64,000 nt of DNA from a bacterium (GTDB taxonomy: Bacteria; SZUA-79; Acidulodesulfobacterales; Acidulodesulfobacteraceae): positions 28,084-92,083 of the forward strand of contig JAJYDX010000002.1 in the NCBI GenBank assembly GCA_021777135.1. The letters run 5' to 3'. Position 1 is the stretch's first letter. Each line of letters opens with the position of its first letter. Below, one piece after another: positions 45,955 to 57,133 of this stretch. Below the pieces are notes generated by a model. That model was not told where the DNA came from and did no database searches. It worked only from the letters and a program-made list of their open reading frames with translations. Both the position numbers and the translations under genes were made by a program.

Positions 45955-47058
45955 ATGAAAATAAAAATATTACAAAGATATCTTATAAGCGAATTTTTAA
46001 AATATTTTTTCATAGCACTTTCAAGCCTTATCTTTTTTTATATAGTCGTTGATTTTATTTCCAACATAGGCGCTTTTACAAAACACTCTCCAGAGTTTAA
46101 ATATATAATTATATATTTTTTCTATAAAATTCCTGAGATAACATACAGGGTGCTTCCGCTGTCGGTCCTCTTGGCAACGCTGCTCGCGATAGCTTTTTTT
46201 AATAAAAATAACGAAATAACTGCGGTAAAGTCTTCAGGGTTAAGCATGGCTAAATTTTTTGCCCCTTTAATAATCTTAGGCGCCGCGATATCCGTTTTCG
46301 CGTTTCTGCTTTCTAATTTCGTAGCGGTAAGGTCTAACGTCTTAAGAAGAGTCGTGATGCAGAAATATATTAACAAAAATAAATATTATAAGGAGAGCTC
46401 TATATATAAATACGCAACCAGAAATATATTTATTCATTATAAAAGGAGTATCGTTACGGCGGAGATTATGGATCCTGTTTCGAAGACGGTAAAGGGTGTC
46501 AACGTTTATGTGTTTAACGATAATTTCCTTCTGGTAAAGAGATATATCGCGAAAACCGGATATTTTGGCAAAGGCGGGCTGGAATTAACAGGAGGACAGG
46601 AGGACGATTTTTATTCAGGAAAGGGGCGCAGATTTGTACAAAAAAATTTCAAAACTTTAAATATCCCCATATATTTAGATTTGAATTTTTTCAGGTCTTA
46701 TACGTTAAAGCCGGAGTTTTTATCCATAATAAACCTTTCCGAAATGATAGAGGTGGCTAAAAAATCTGAATCAGGCTTAAGCTATATTTTGACGAGTTAT
46801 TATTCCAAGCTATCTTTTCCGGTTATCAATTTAATTTTGATTCTAATAGGAATATCTATCGGGCTCTTGCTTGGCAAAAAAGGTAATTCTCCAGTTTCTA
46901 TAGGCATAAGTTTAGTATTTGCTTTTACATGGTGGGTTATAAATTCAATAGCCTTGTCTTTAGGCGAGTCCGCGCAGCTTAATCCTATATTGTCGGCTTT
47001 TATGTCGGATATTATATTCTTATCGTTTGCTTTGTATCTTATAATGGATATAGACTGA
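45955..47058 (+). CDS. lptG: LPS export ABC transporter permease LptG
   Basis: 367 aa. The N-terminus reads ILQRYLISEFLKYFFIALSSLIFFYIVVDFISN. It has the same YjgP/YjgQ architecture and lies immediately downstream of lptF. Confidence 0.85.
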   Translation: MKIKILQRYLISEFLKYFFIALSSLIFFYIVVDFISNIGAFTKHSPEFKYIIIYFFYKIPEITYRVLPLSVLLATLLAIAFFNKNNEITAVKSSGLSMAKFFAPLIILGAAISVFAFLLSNFVAVRSNVLRRVVMQKYINKNKYYKESSIYKYATRNIFIHYKRSIVTAEIMDPVSKTVKGVNVYVFNDNFLLVKRYIAKTGYFGKGGLELTGGQEDDFYSGKGRRFVQKNFKTLNIPIYLDLNFFRSYTLKPEFLSIINLSEMIEVAKKSESGLSYILTSYYSKLSFPVINLILILIGISIGLLLGKKGNSPVSIGISLVFAFTWWVINSIALSLGESAQLNPILSAFMSDIIFLSFALYLIMDID

Positions 47059-47087
47059 TTACCCTAATTTTTTCTATAGCTTAGTTT

Positions 47088-47864
47088 TTATATTTCAAAA
47101 CTCAATCCGTCGTATGACGGAATTAAACTGCCGGCTTTGCATAAGCACATTTCGGCTATTTCGTCGTAATCGACGTTGTGACCCATATGCGTAAAATAGG
47201 TCTTTGCCGGATTTATTTTCGCGGCTACGGAAACGGCTTCATCTATGCTTAAGTGGGTCGGGTGGGGATTATATCTTAAGGCATCTATCATTAGCACTTT
47301 TAAACCTTTCAATAAACCTAACGACTGTTCCGGCACAGACGAAACATCCGTAATATATGCAAAATCGTTTATCCTGTATCCGTATATTAAATTTTTACCG
47401 TGAAAAACCGGAACCGGAGTAATCTTTATGCCGGGTTTTATTTCAAGAGCGTCTTTAATTACGTTAGGAACAAGATATGGCTTGCTGGATTCCGATTTTT
47501 CTTTGAATATGTAATCGAATTTGTCTTTAATAAAATTTATAGAGGTTTCTGAAGCGTATACGGGAATAAATTTATTATCGTTTTTTTTAAGGTAATTAAA
47601 CATTCTTAAATCGTCTATTCCAAAAATATGGTCGGCATGCGTATGCGTGTATAAAACGGCGTCTATATTTTTAACGTTAAGTTTTAACGCCTGGGTCCTC
47701 AAGTCAGGCGAGGTATCTATAAGGATATCGAAATTATTTTCCGATACCAAAATAGAAGGTCTCAACCTTTTATTTTTAAGATTAGTCGAAGAGCAGACCC
47801 TGCATGTGCATCCTATCAATGGAACGCCTGTCGAAGTGCCGCAGCCCAGAATTAATATTTTCAT
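47088..47864 (-). CDS. MBL-fold metallo-hydrolase (PhnP/PqqB-like subgroup)
   Basis: 258 aa. Motifs present are ILGCGTSTGVP..C.C..C (N-terminal Cys cluster), LYTHTHADHIFGIDDLR (HxHxDH) and a distal FTHMGH. Confidence 0.8.
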   Translation of the reverse strand: MKILILGCGTSTGVPLIGCTCRVCSSTNLKNKRLRPSILVSENNFDILIDTSPDLRTQALKLNVKNIDAVLYTHTHADHIFGIDDLRMFNYLKKNDNKFIPVYASETSINFIKDKFDYIFKEKSESSKPYLVPNVIKDALEIKPGIKITPVPVFHGKNLIYGYRINDFAYITDVSSVPEQSLGLLKGLKVLMIDALRYNPHPTHLSIDEAVSVAAKINPAKTYFTHMGHNVDYDEIAEMCLCKAGSLIPSYDGLSFEI

Positions 47865-47945
47865 ATGTTTTTATGATACAATAAAACGTATATTAAATAA
47901 AGCATATACGACCTTAATTTTGCAATATAAATCCTATATGGCGCA

Positions 47946-49889
47946 ATGAATAAAAAAGACCCTGAAAAAATAAAAATCAAAAGAGAGATTATCTTTGCCT
48001 TAGTAATATTTTTCCTCGTGGTTTTTTCCACATTCGAAGAATTAAGGATGATTTCATTTTCGAATGTTTCGGTAACGGCTAAAATTATTGTTTACGCATA
48101 TATAAACATTACTATAGTATTGTTTTTGCTGATGTCGTTTCTTGTGCTCAGAAACGTCGTGAAATTAATAATAGAACGGAAAAGGGGCGTAATAGGAGCA
48201 AAATTACGGACGAAGCTCGTAGGATTATTTGTAATAGTAAGCGTAGTTCCTTCCATTTTTATGTTTATAGTTATGATAGCCACCGGTTTTGCTTCCAATA
48301 TTATAAATAAATGGTATTCCATTAGATTTGAAAAGGCTATGTCTTATACCGCAGGAATAGTCCGCCATAAAAGCGGGTTGATTAAGAGCGCCGGAGATGC
48401 GGCCGTTAACCGTAAAATAGAATGGCTCGAACATTTTTATAAGGAATATTCGCAGATAAGGTTTATAAAAAATCCAATGGAAACGACCTACCTGATATTT
48501 TTTTCAATATTTACGCTTATTGTTTTGTTCATATCTTCATGGGTAGGCTTTTATCTGTCTAAAAAACTGACCAAGCCTATTATAGATTTAGTAGAGGGAA
48601 CAAAAAAAGTAGCGTCAGGCGACCTGGATATAAACGTGCATAAAGAATCGGACGACGAAATAGGCATACTGGTAAATTCATTTAATACGATGGCTTCCGA
48701 TTTGAAAAAAAATAAAGAAGAAATAGAAAAAGCGAGCACGGACTTAAAGAAAGTCAACGAAGAAATAGACAGAAGAAGAAAATTCATGGAAATAATATTG
48801 AAAAATATCCATGCCGGGGTTATAGCCGTAGATTCTACCGGAAAAATCAGAAGCCTTAATAACGCCGCCGAAGATATGTTCGGCATTGCGAATAAGGATG
48901 CGATAGGCAGAAATTATAAAGACGCTTTCGACAAATCGGTATTTTCGGATATAAGAAGCATTATTAAGGACCTGACTAAGTCAGGCAAAGAAACTCTGAC
49001 GAAAGAAATTAAATTAAATATTGGCGGCAGTTTAAAAATGTATATAGTTAATCTTACCGTTTTAAAAGATGAAACAGATAATTATATAGGTTTTATTATA
49101 GTCTTGAACGATACGACGGATATGATGAAAGCCCAGAGGGTCGCCGCGTGGGAAGAGGTCGCGAAGCGAATGTCGCACGAAATAAAAAATCCTTTGACGC
49201 CCATCAGGCTTTCCGCTGAAAGGCTTAAAAGAAAATACGGAGCCAAAATAGATTCCGGCGACGACGTTTTTAACGATTCCATAGATACTATTATTAAGGA
49301 GGTTGACGATTTAAAAAGCCTTGTCGATGAATTTTCGCTTTACGCAAGGCTTCCTAAGGCTAATTTTGAGTTAATCCATTTGAATTCCTTAATAGACGAA
49401 GTCGTTATGCTTTACAAAAACGCGCATAGAAATATAGAATTTATTGAGGACTTTAGGGAAAGCACGCCAAAAGTTTTTGCGGACAAAGGACAGATTAAAA
49501 GGGCTTTCATGAACATTGTCGATAATGCCGTATTCAGTATAACGCTTAAATCTATAAATAAAATAGGGGGCGGTCCAGGCGGCGGTAACGCGGGGTCTTA
49601 CAGGGGGATTATTAAAATAACTCTGGAACAGGTCAAAAACGAAAGCTCCGGCATAAATAAAATACGGATAATTTTTTCGGATAACGGAACCGGTATAAAC
49701 GATGAAGTAATGCAGAATATGTACGAGCCCTACTTTTCTACAAAACAGGGCGGAACCGGTCTTGGACTCGCTATTACTAAAAATATTATTACGGAAAATA
49801 ATGCCGCAATAACCGCTAAAAATAATGAAAACGGCGGAGCGGATTTTATGATAGAATTTCCTGTAAGCGGTCATGATAAAGCCGATTAA
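47946..49889 (+). CDS. ntrY: NtrY-like sensor histidine kinase (TM, HAMP, PAS, HisKA, HATPase)
   Basis: 647 aa with N-terminal TM helices. The HAMP region is KPIIDLVEGTKKVASGDLD..EIGILVNSFNTMASDL and a PAS domain follows. The H-box SHEIKNPLTPIRLSAERLKRKY is NtrY-type. The G-boxes are DNGTGI and GGTGLGLAI. Confidence 0.75.
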   Translation: MNKKDPEKIKIKREIIFALVIFFLVVFSTFEELRMISFSNVSVTAKIIVYAYINITIVLFLLMSFLVLRNVVKLIIERKRGVIGAKLRTKLVGLFVIVSVVPSIFMFIVMIATGFASNIINKWYSIRFEKAMSYTAGIVRHKSGLIKSAGDAAVNRKIEWLEHFYKEYSQIRFIKNPMETTYLIFFSIFTLIVLFISSWVGFYLSKKLTKPIIDLVEGTKKVASGDLDINVHKESDDEIGILVNSFNTMASDLKKNKEEIEKASTDLKKVNEEIDRRRKFMEIILKNIHAGVIAVDSTGKIRSLNNAAEDMFGIANKDAIGRNYKDAFDKSVFSDIRSIIKDLTKSGKETLTKEIKLNIGGSLKMYIVNLTVLKDETDNYIGFIIVLNDTTDMMKAQRVAAWEEVAKRMSHEIKNPLTPIRLSAERLKRKYGAKIDSGDDVFNDSIDTIIKEVDDLKSLVDEFSLYARLPKANFELIHLNSLIDEVVMLYKNAHRNIEFIEDFRESTPKVFADKGQIKRAFMNIVDNAVFSITLKSINKIGGGPGGGNAGSYRGIIKITLEQVKNESSGINKIRIIFSDNGTGINDEVMQNMYEPYFSTKQGGTGLGLAITKNIITENNAAITAKNNENGGADFMIEFPVSGHDKAD

Positions 49890-49926
49890 TAAAAAGGCAA
49901 AATAAAAAAAAGCAAAAGGAATAAAA

Positions 49927-51294
49927 ATGAAACTTGTTTTAATAATAGACGACGAAGAAAGCATTAGAAAGTCTTTAACCGGAATATTGAAAGACGAAGG
50001 TTACGGCGTTATTTCCGAGGGAAACGGCGAATCGGGTCTAAAATCATTTAATGAAAAACAGCCTAACGCTGTTCTGCTGGACGTTTGGCTTCCAGATGCC
50101 GACGGTTCGGATATTTTAAGCGAAATGGTCAAAATAAATAAAAATATTCCGGTTATTATGATTTCTGGACATTCAGATATAGATACCGCTATTAAGACTA
50201 TTAAAATAGGAGCATACGATTTTATAGAAAAGCCGCTTTCTTTAGACAGACTAGTTATTACTGTAGAAAATGCCTTAAAGTTTAACAGCCTTAGCGAAAA
50301 AAAAGTAATTTTGGCAGAAAGTTCGCCGGAAAGGTTTGAATTTATCGGAGAGACGGAGGTCGTCAAATCTTTAAAGGAAAAAATTTTAAAAGCCGCCCCT
50401 TCTTCAGCCCCCGTTCTTATTGCCGGAGAAAACGGCACCGGAAAGGAAATAGCAGCAAGAGCCGTTCACCTTAACAGCTTGAGAAAAGATGAACCATTTA
50501 TAGCTATAAACTGTGCCGCAATACCTGAAGAACTTATCGAAAGCGAAATTTTCGGATACGAAAAAGGAGCTTTCACCGGAGCGAACGCAAGAAAGAAAGG
50601 AAAATTTGAAGCTGCCGACGGCGGGACTATTTTTCTGGACGAGATAGGCGATATGAGTTTAAGGATGCAGTCAAAGATATTAAGGGTTTTGCAGGAAAAT
50701 AAATTTCAAAGAGTTGGCGGCGAAAGCGAGATTGAAGCAGATGTCAGAGTTATAGCCGCTACAAATAAAAATCTTGAAAACGAAATAGCCGCCGGAAGGT
50801 TTAGAAGCGATTTATTTTTCAGGCTAAACGTTATACCTCTTTATATACCGCCTCTTAGGGAAAGGAAAGAAGACATACCGCTGCTCGCGGATTATTTCAT
50901 AAAAATTTTCGGGAATTATTCCGGCAGGCTTGAAATAGACGGACAGGCAATAAACTTATTGAAGAAATATGACTGGCCCGGAAACGTAAGGGAATTAAAA
51001 AATATTATCGAAAGATTTTCGATTTTGAACGAGCATAATAAAATTAGCGAAAAAGATGTTTTAAGCGAATTAAAAATGGACGCTATCGCCGGAGGCATCC
51101 ACGAAAAAGATAATACTTTGGATGTTTTCACCGAAGCGGCTTCGTTTAAGCAGGCTAAGGAAAATTTTGAAAAAGCATATATTATCCGTAAATTAAAAGA
51201 AAACAACGGCAATATCACCAAAACCGCAAAGGTTCTTGATATGAGCCGCCGCAATCTGCAAAAAAGAATTAACTGCCTAAATATTAATCAATAA
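49927..51294 (+). CDS. ntrX: sigma54-dependent two-component response regulator (NtrC/NtrX family: REC, AAA+, Fis-type HTH)
   Basis: 455 aa. The REC acceptor is LLDVWLPDADG. Walker A is GENGTGKE, the GAFTGA loop is intact, and Walker B is IFLDEIGDM. The C-terminal HTH is NITKTAKVLDMSRRNLQKRI. Confidence 0.8.
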   Translation: MKLVLIIDDEESIRKSLTGILKDEGYGVISEGNGESGLKSFNEKQPNAVLLDVWLPDADGSDILSEMVKINKNIPVIMISGHSDIDTAIKTIKIGAYDFIEKPLSLDRLVITVENALKFNSLSEKKVILAESSPERFEFIGETEVVKSLKEKILKAAPSSAPVLIAGENGTGKEIAARAVHLNSLRKDEPFIAINCAAIPEELIESEIFGYEKGAFTGANARKKGKFEAADGGTIFLDEIGDMSLRMQSKILRVLQENKFQRVGGESEIEADVRVIAATNKNLENEIAAGRFRSDLFFRLNVIPLYIPPLRERKEDIPLLADYFIKIFGNYSGRLEIDGQAINLLKKYDWPGNVRELKNIIERFSILNEHNKISEKDVLSELKMDAIAGGIHEKDNTLDVFTEAASFKQAKENFEKAYIIRKLKENNGNITKTAKVLDMSRRNLQKRINCLNINQ

Positions 51295-51427
51295 ACTTAC
51301 TCCGTTTAAGACTGCCTAAATTTATAGCACAATTATCCCATCCCTCTAATTATTTAAACATATCTGATTTATTTATTCTCTTACAGCCAGCTGAGTTTGC
51401 CGTTAAATGATAATTATAAAAAAATCT

Positions 51428-51443
51428 TGGCATAACTTTTGCT
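51428..51443 (+). promoter_or_regulatory. sigma54 (-24/-12) promoter of the porin-glnK-amtB operon
   Basis: TGGCAT-AACTT-TTGCT matches the consensus TGGCAC-N5-TTGCW. The GG (51429-51430) and GC (51441-51442) are exactly 12 nt apart. The element ends 61 nt upstream of the ATG at 51505. Confidence 0.7.
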
Positions 51444-51504
51444 TTATTCTATATAGCAAAAAGACAAATGAATATTTAATTATTAAATTATAAAAGGAGA
51501 GCTT

Positions 51505-53315
<1,811 letters not shown>

Positions 53316-53370
53316 TTATTATTTATTTAAAAATAGAAATATAAATTTGAAGGAGGGATAGGAAAAAATT

Positions 53371-54720
53371 ATGAATCTTATTAAAAATTTTAAAATACCT
53401 TTAATTTATGGATGGTCTTTAATAGGCGGACTTTTTTTAGTTATGTTCTCATGGGTCAGTCCAGTCTTTGCCGACGCTTCCAAGGTTCCGGCTTTTAGCG
53501 CCGGAAACATAGCGTGGGTATTGGCTTCGTCCGCATTGGTTCTGATAATGACTCCGGGACTAGGTTTTTACTACGGCGGAATGGTAAGAAGAAAAAATGT
53601 TTTAAATACTATATCGCTGAGCTTTATCGCAATATGTACCGTTAGCGTTATCTGGATTTTGTGGGGATATTCTTTGGCTTTCGGTCCGGACGCTTTCGGC
53701 GGGGTAATAGGCAGCCTTAAATACGTCGGCTTGTTTGCTATGAAAGAAAACCAGCATTCCAGATACGACGGCACGATACCGTCTTATGTTTACGTTATGT
53801 TTCAGCTAATGTTCGCGATTATAACCGTAGCGCTGGTTAGCGGTTCGTTAGTTGAAAGAATTAAATTTTCTTCATGGGTAGTATTTACGATAGTATGGCT
53901 TACCATCGTTTATGCTCCAGTTGCTCAGGCAGTATGGGGTCTTGGGGGCCTGTTCCAAAAAATGGGCGCGTTAGATTTTGCCGGCGGTACCGTAGTTCAT
54001 ATCGACTCCGGCGTCGCAGGTCTTGCCGGAGCGCTTGTTCTCGGAAAAAGGAAAGGATATATGAAAGAAAATATCGTCCAGCCGAACCAGTTAGGCTATA
54101 CTATTTTGGGAGGCGCTCTTTTGTGGTTCGGGTGGTTCGGATTTAACGCGGGAAGCGCTCTTGAAGCGAATCCTCTCGCTACTTCCGCGTTTTTGGTAAC
54201 GAATACCGCTACTGCGGCTGCGGCTATAGGCTGGATGATTGCGGAATGGATAAGAAGCGGAAAACCGACGACATTAGGCATGGTTTCCGGCGCGGTAGCG
54301 GGACTTGTAGCTATAACGCCGGCATCCGGTTTCGTTAATCCTATCGCCTCTATCGTTATCGGTTTTGTCGCGGGCGTAATTTGTTATTCCATGGTTGTTT
54401 TCGTAAAGCCAAAATTAGGATACGACGATGCTTTAGACGCTTTCAACGTTCATGCGGTAGGCGGCGCATGGGGAGCCCTTGCTACCGGTTTGTTTGCCGA
54501 CCCCATAATTAATTCTGCCGGAAAGGGTTTGTTTTACGGCAATCCCGGACAGATGGGGGTTCAGCTGCTCACAGTGGCATGCGTTGCGGCATATTCCTTC
54601 ACGATGAGCTATATAATATTTAAAGTAATCGATAAAGTTATGGGTCTGCGCGTAGATAAAGAAACAGAAGCAATCGGTCTTGATATTACGCAGCACGACG
54701 AAGCGGGATATAATTTCTAA
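53371..54720 (+). CDS. amtB: ammonium transporter
   Basis: 449 aa. There is an N-terminal signal-like helix, followed by Amt motifs (MTPGLGFYYGGMVRRKN, DFAGGTVVHIDSG, NAGSA, FNVHAVGGAWGAL). Confidence 0.95.
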   Translation: MNLIKNFKIPLIYGWSLIGGLFLVMFSWVSPVFADASKVPAFSAGNIAWVLASSALVLIMTPGLGFYYGGMVRRKNVLNTISLSFIAICTVSVIWILWGYSLAFGPDAFGGVIGSLKYVGLFAMKENQHSRYDGTIPSYVYVMFQLMFAIITVALVSGSLVERIKFSSWVVFTIVWLTIVYAPVAQAVWGLGGLFQKMGALDFAGGTVVHIDSGVAGLAGALVLGKRKGYMKENIVQPNQLGYTILGGALLWFGWFGFNAGSALEANPLATSAFLVTNTATAAAAIGWMIAEWIRSGKPTTLGMVSGAVAGLVAITPASGFVNPIASIVIGFVAGVICYSMVVFVKPKLGYDDALDAFNVHAVGGAWGALATGLFADPIINSAGKGLFYGNPGQMGVQLLTVACVAAYSFTMSYIIFKVIDKVMGLRVDKETEAIGLDITQHDEAGYNF

Positions 54721-54760
54721 AACGCTGAAACATCGGCGGATTAGCTAATTAATCTTTTCA

Positions 54761-54792
54761 GGGACGGATAAAGAATCCGTCCCTTTTTATTT
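54761..54792 (+). terminator. Rho-independent terminator of the porin-glnK-amtB operon
   Basis: GGGACGGAT (54761-54769), loop AAAGA, ATCCGTCCC (54775-54783), followed by TTTTTATTT. It starts 41 nt after the amtB stop. Confidence 0.85.
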
Positions 54793-54827
54793 AGTTTGCG
54801 GAATATTGTATTGCTGGCGTTATTTTC

Positions 54828-56165
54828 TTATTTAAGGGGATTAACGGCTAGTCCGGTTAATATTTTGGGGTAAAAAAAAGTAGATTTTTGAGGCATCCTC
54901 AAATTCATGGAAGCTATTTTAATAACATCTTCCATTTTTGTCGGATTCATAAAAAAAACGGCTTCCAAATCTCCGTTTTTTACTTTTTCCAAAGCTTTTT
55001 TAGCTTCTTTTTCATATACAAGATATTTTTGCGAGTTTATTTCTTCCTGCGTTATCGATAAAGCTTTTTTTAATATATATTCCTGCAGAATTGAAACGTC
55101 TAAATTTTTTAAAAGTTTTTCGCCGTCCTTATTTTCTTCGCTTAAGTTTTTTTCGTTAGCTGAATTTTTAAAAGAAAGTATGAACCCTCTTCCTGAACTA
55201 TGGGCAAAACCAAAAGAAGCCGAATTTTCTCCACATTTTTTGTTTTCTCTAAGTAAATCTTCCAGATTTGTTTCTTTGTAATCGAAATATTCTTTTATTT
55301 TTATAAGGAAGTCGTCTATATTTATTTTTTTCCCCCTAATGCCTCTGTGAGTGGGCAGTATAATTAAGCCGTCCTGATTAGAAGGAGCGAAATACATAAG
55401 GCAAGAATCCGCATTAACGCCTTTTTCCTTAAGCCCTTCTTTTTCAACGTAATCCCTAAAATTAAGAGCTGTTTCAAACCTATGGTGGCCGTCGGCAATA
55501 TATACCGGCTTATGCCCCATTTCCTTTTGGATGCCATTTATGATGTTTTTGTCTTCAATCCTGTATAGAACGTTTTTTATGCCGCCGTCGTCTATAAAAT
55601 CGAAAAGTTTTTCAGCCGCCCCGTCTTTTATGGATTTTTTTAAGATGTTTAAGACGCCGGAATTTTTATCTTCGAACACCGAAAAAATAGGGCTGAAATT
55701 GGCATTTGCGGCGTCCATAAGTTTAAACCTGTCTTCCTTTGGTTTGGAAAGGGTTGTTTCGTGACCGTAAATAGAGCTGTTTTCTTTTGTTTCCGGCAGC
55801 AGGAAACGGGATAAAAACCCTGTCCGTTCATATGTGACATTGTCAACGCTAAAAGTCTGGTTGTAAATATATATAGAGTCTTTATTTTCCCTTTTTAATA
55901 TGCCCTTATCTATCCATTCTTTGAATAACCGGGCCGCCCTCGTGTATTTATTTTCTTTTTCGTTATCGTCGGGAGATTCCTTGCCGTACTCCAACCGGAC
56001 GATATTATATTCAGACCTTTTATACAAGTCGTCCTGAAGTTCTTTGCTTATTACGTCATAAGGAGGCGCGGTTAAATCTTTAATGTCTCCGGCAGTCCCG
56101 TTATTAAAAATATAGGGCCTAAAAGGCAGAACAGTCGATTCAAAGTCTTTATTCATATCGTTCAT
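54828..56165 (-). CDS. DUF1015 family protein
   Basis: 445 aa. The N-terminus VLPFRPYIFN......LTAPPYDVIS and the mid-protein YIADGHHRFETA are the characteristic DUF1015 signatures. Confidence 0.8.
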   Translation of the reverse strand: MNDMNKDFESTVLPFRPYIFNNGTAGDIKDLTAPPYDVISKELQDDLYKRSEYNIVRLEYGKESPDDNEKENKYTRAARLFKEWIDKGILKRENKDSIYIYNQTFSVDNVTYERTGFLSRFLLPETKENSSIYGHETTLSKPKEDRFKLMDAANANFSPIFSVFEDKNSGVLNILKKSIKDGAAEKLFDFIDDGGIKNVLYRIEDKNIINGIQKEMGHKPVYIADGHHRFETALNFRDYVEKEGLKEKGVNADSCLMYFAPSNQDGLIILPTHRGIRGKKINIDDFLIKIKEYFDYKETNLEDLLRENKKCGENSASFGFAHSSGRGFILSFKNSANEKNLSEENKDGEKLLKNLDVSILQEYILKKALSITQEEINSQKYLVYEKEAKKALEKVKNGDLEAVFFMNPTKMEDVIKIASMNLRMPQKSTFFYPKILTGLAVNPLK

Positions 56166-56228
56166 ACAAGTTATAACTCCTAATAAATAATGAATTTATA
56201 TTATATTATAATTTTATAGTTATAAGAT

Positions 56229-57131
56229 TTATAAAATTGGAGTGGAGCCTGGAGTTGCATATGAATGAAGTCCCGGAATAATTAAATCAACACCAAGATA
56301 GCAGAATATGACTACGGCAAATCCAATAACCGCAATCCATGCCATCTTCTTGCCTCCCCAGCCCTTTGTAAATCTTGCGTGAATAAATAAAACATAAGTT
56401 AGCCAGGTAATAAGCGACCATGTTTCCTTAGGGTCCCAGCTCCAGTAGCCGCCCCATGCGCTATCCGCCCATGCCGCTCCGATAACGATTCCGGCGGTTA
56501 GGAAAACCAGTCCGAATACTACGACTTTATATATGGATTCTTCTATTATAGGGGCAGGCGGCAGAAGGCTTAAAAAACCTCCGCGTTTTTTATTGCTTTC
56601 GTTTTTACCGGTCTTATTAATTTTAATCAGATACAGTACTCCAAGCCCGAACGAAGCGCCGAATGCTCCGTATGATATGAACAGCGTCATAATATGATAA
56701 ATCAGCCAATAGCTTTGCAAAGCTGGAATAGTAGGCTCTACGGCGCTTGGGGCAAGCGGGGAAAAAGACGCAAAAGCTAAAGCGAGAGAGGCTACCAAAG
56801 TTATTATGAAACCAAGCGCGTCGAAGTCGTAGAAAATTCTTATTAAAATAAATCCGAATATAATAACGTAGGCGAAAAACACCATAGAATCATACAAATC
56901 TACTAAAGGCGGCGTATTTATGCCTATTTTGTAGGCATAAATCCATCTTATGACAAATGCCGCGGTTTGTATTATAAATCCGGCTATTAACACGCCGAAA
57001 GATATTTTAGAAATAGTTTTGTTTCCCGTGAATAAAAAAATAAAATATCCGGCAAAAGACGCAACTATAAAAAGCAAAGAAACAGTAAAATATAAAGAAC
57101 CGTCTAGAACCGACACGTTTGCAGAAATCAT
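56229..57131 (-). CDS. ccsA: cytochrome c biogenesis protein CcsA (system II heme handling, ResC-like)
   Basis: 300 aa polytopic membrane protein with the WWD motif WGGYWSWDPKETWSLITWL. Confidence 0.9.
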   Translation of the reverse strand: MISANVSVLDGSLYFTVSLLFIVASFAGYFIFLFTGNKTISKISFGVLIAGFIIQTAAFVIRWIYAYKIGINTPPLVDLYDSMVFFAYVIIFGFILIRIFYDFDALGFIITLVASLALAFASFSPLAPSAVEPTIPALQSYWLIYHIMTLFISYGAFGASFGLGVLYLIKINKTGKNESNKKRGGFLSLLPPAPIIEESIYKVVVFGLVFLTAGIVIGAAWADSAWGGYWSWDPKETWSLITWLTYVLFIHARFTKGWGGKKMAWIAVIGFAVVIFCYLGVDLIIPGLHSYATPGSTPIL

Positions 57132-57133
57132 AA

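Noticed and set aside
49389-49964. 191-aa minus-strand ORF spanning the ntrY 3' end and ntrX 5' end
   Set aside because: It is the longest antisense ORF in the window. It is F/I/Y/S-rich, as expected for the reverse frame of AT-rich coding DNA. It overlaps two well-supported genes and has no motif or RBS.
53874-54146. 90-aa Arg/Ser-rich plus-strand ORF inside amtB
   Set aside because: It is an alternative frame of a confidently identified ammonium transporter. Its extreme R/S/C composition is typical of an out-of-frame translation.
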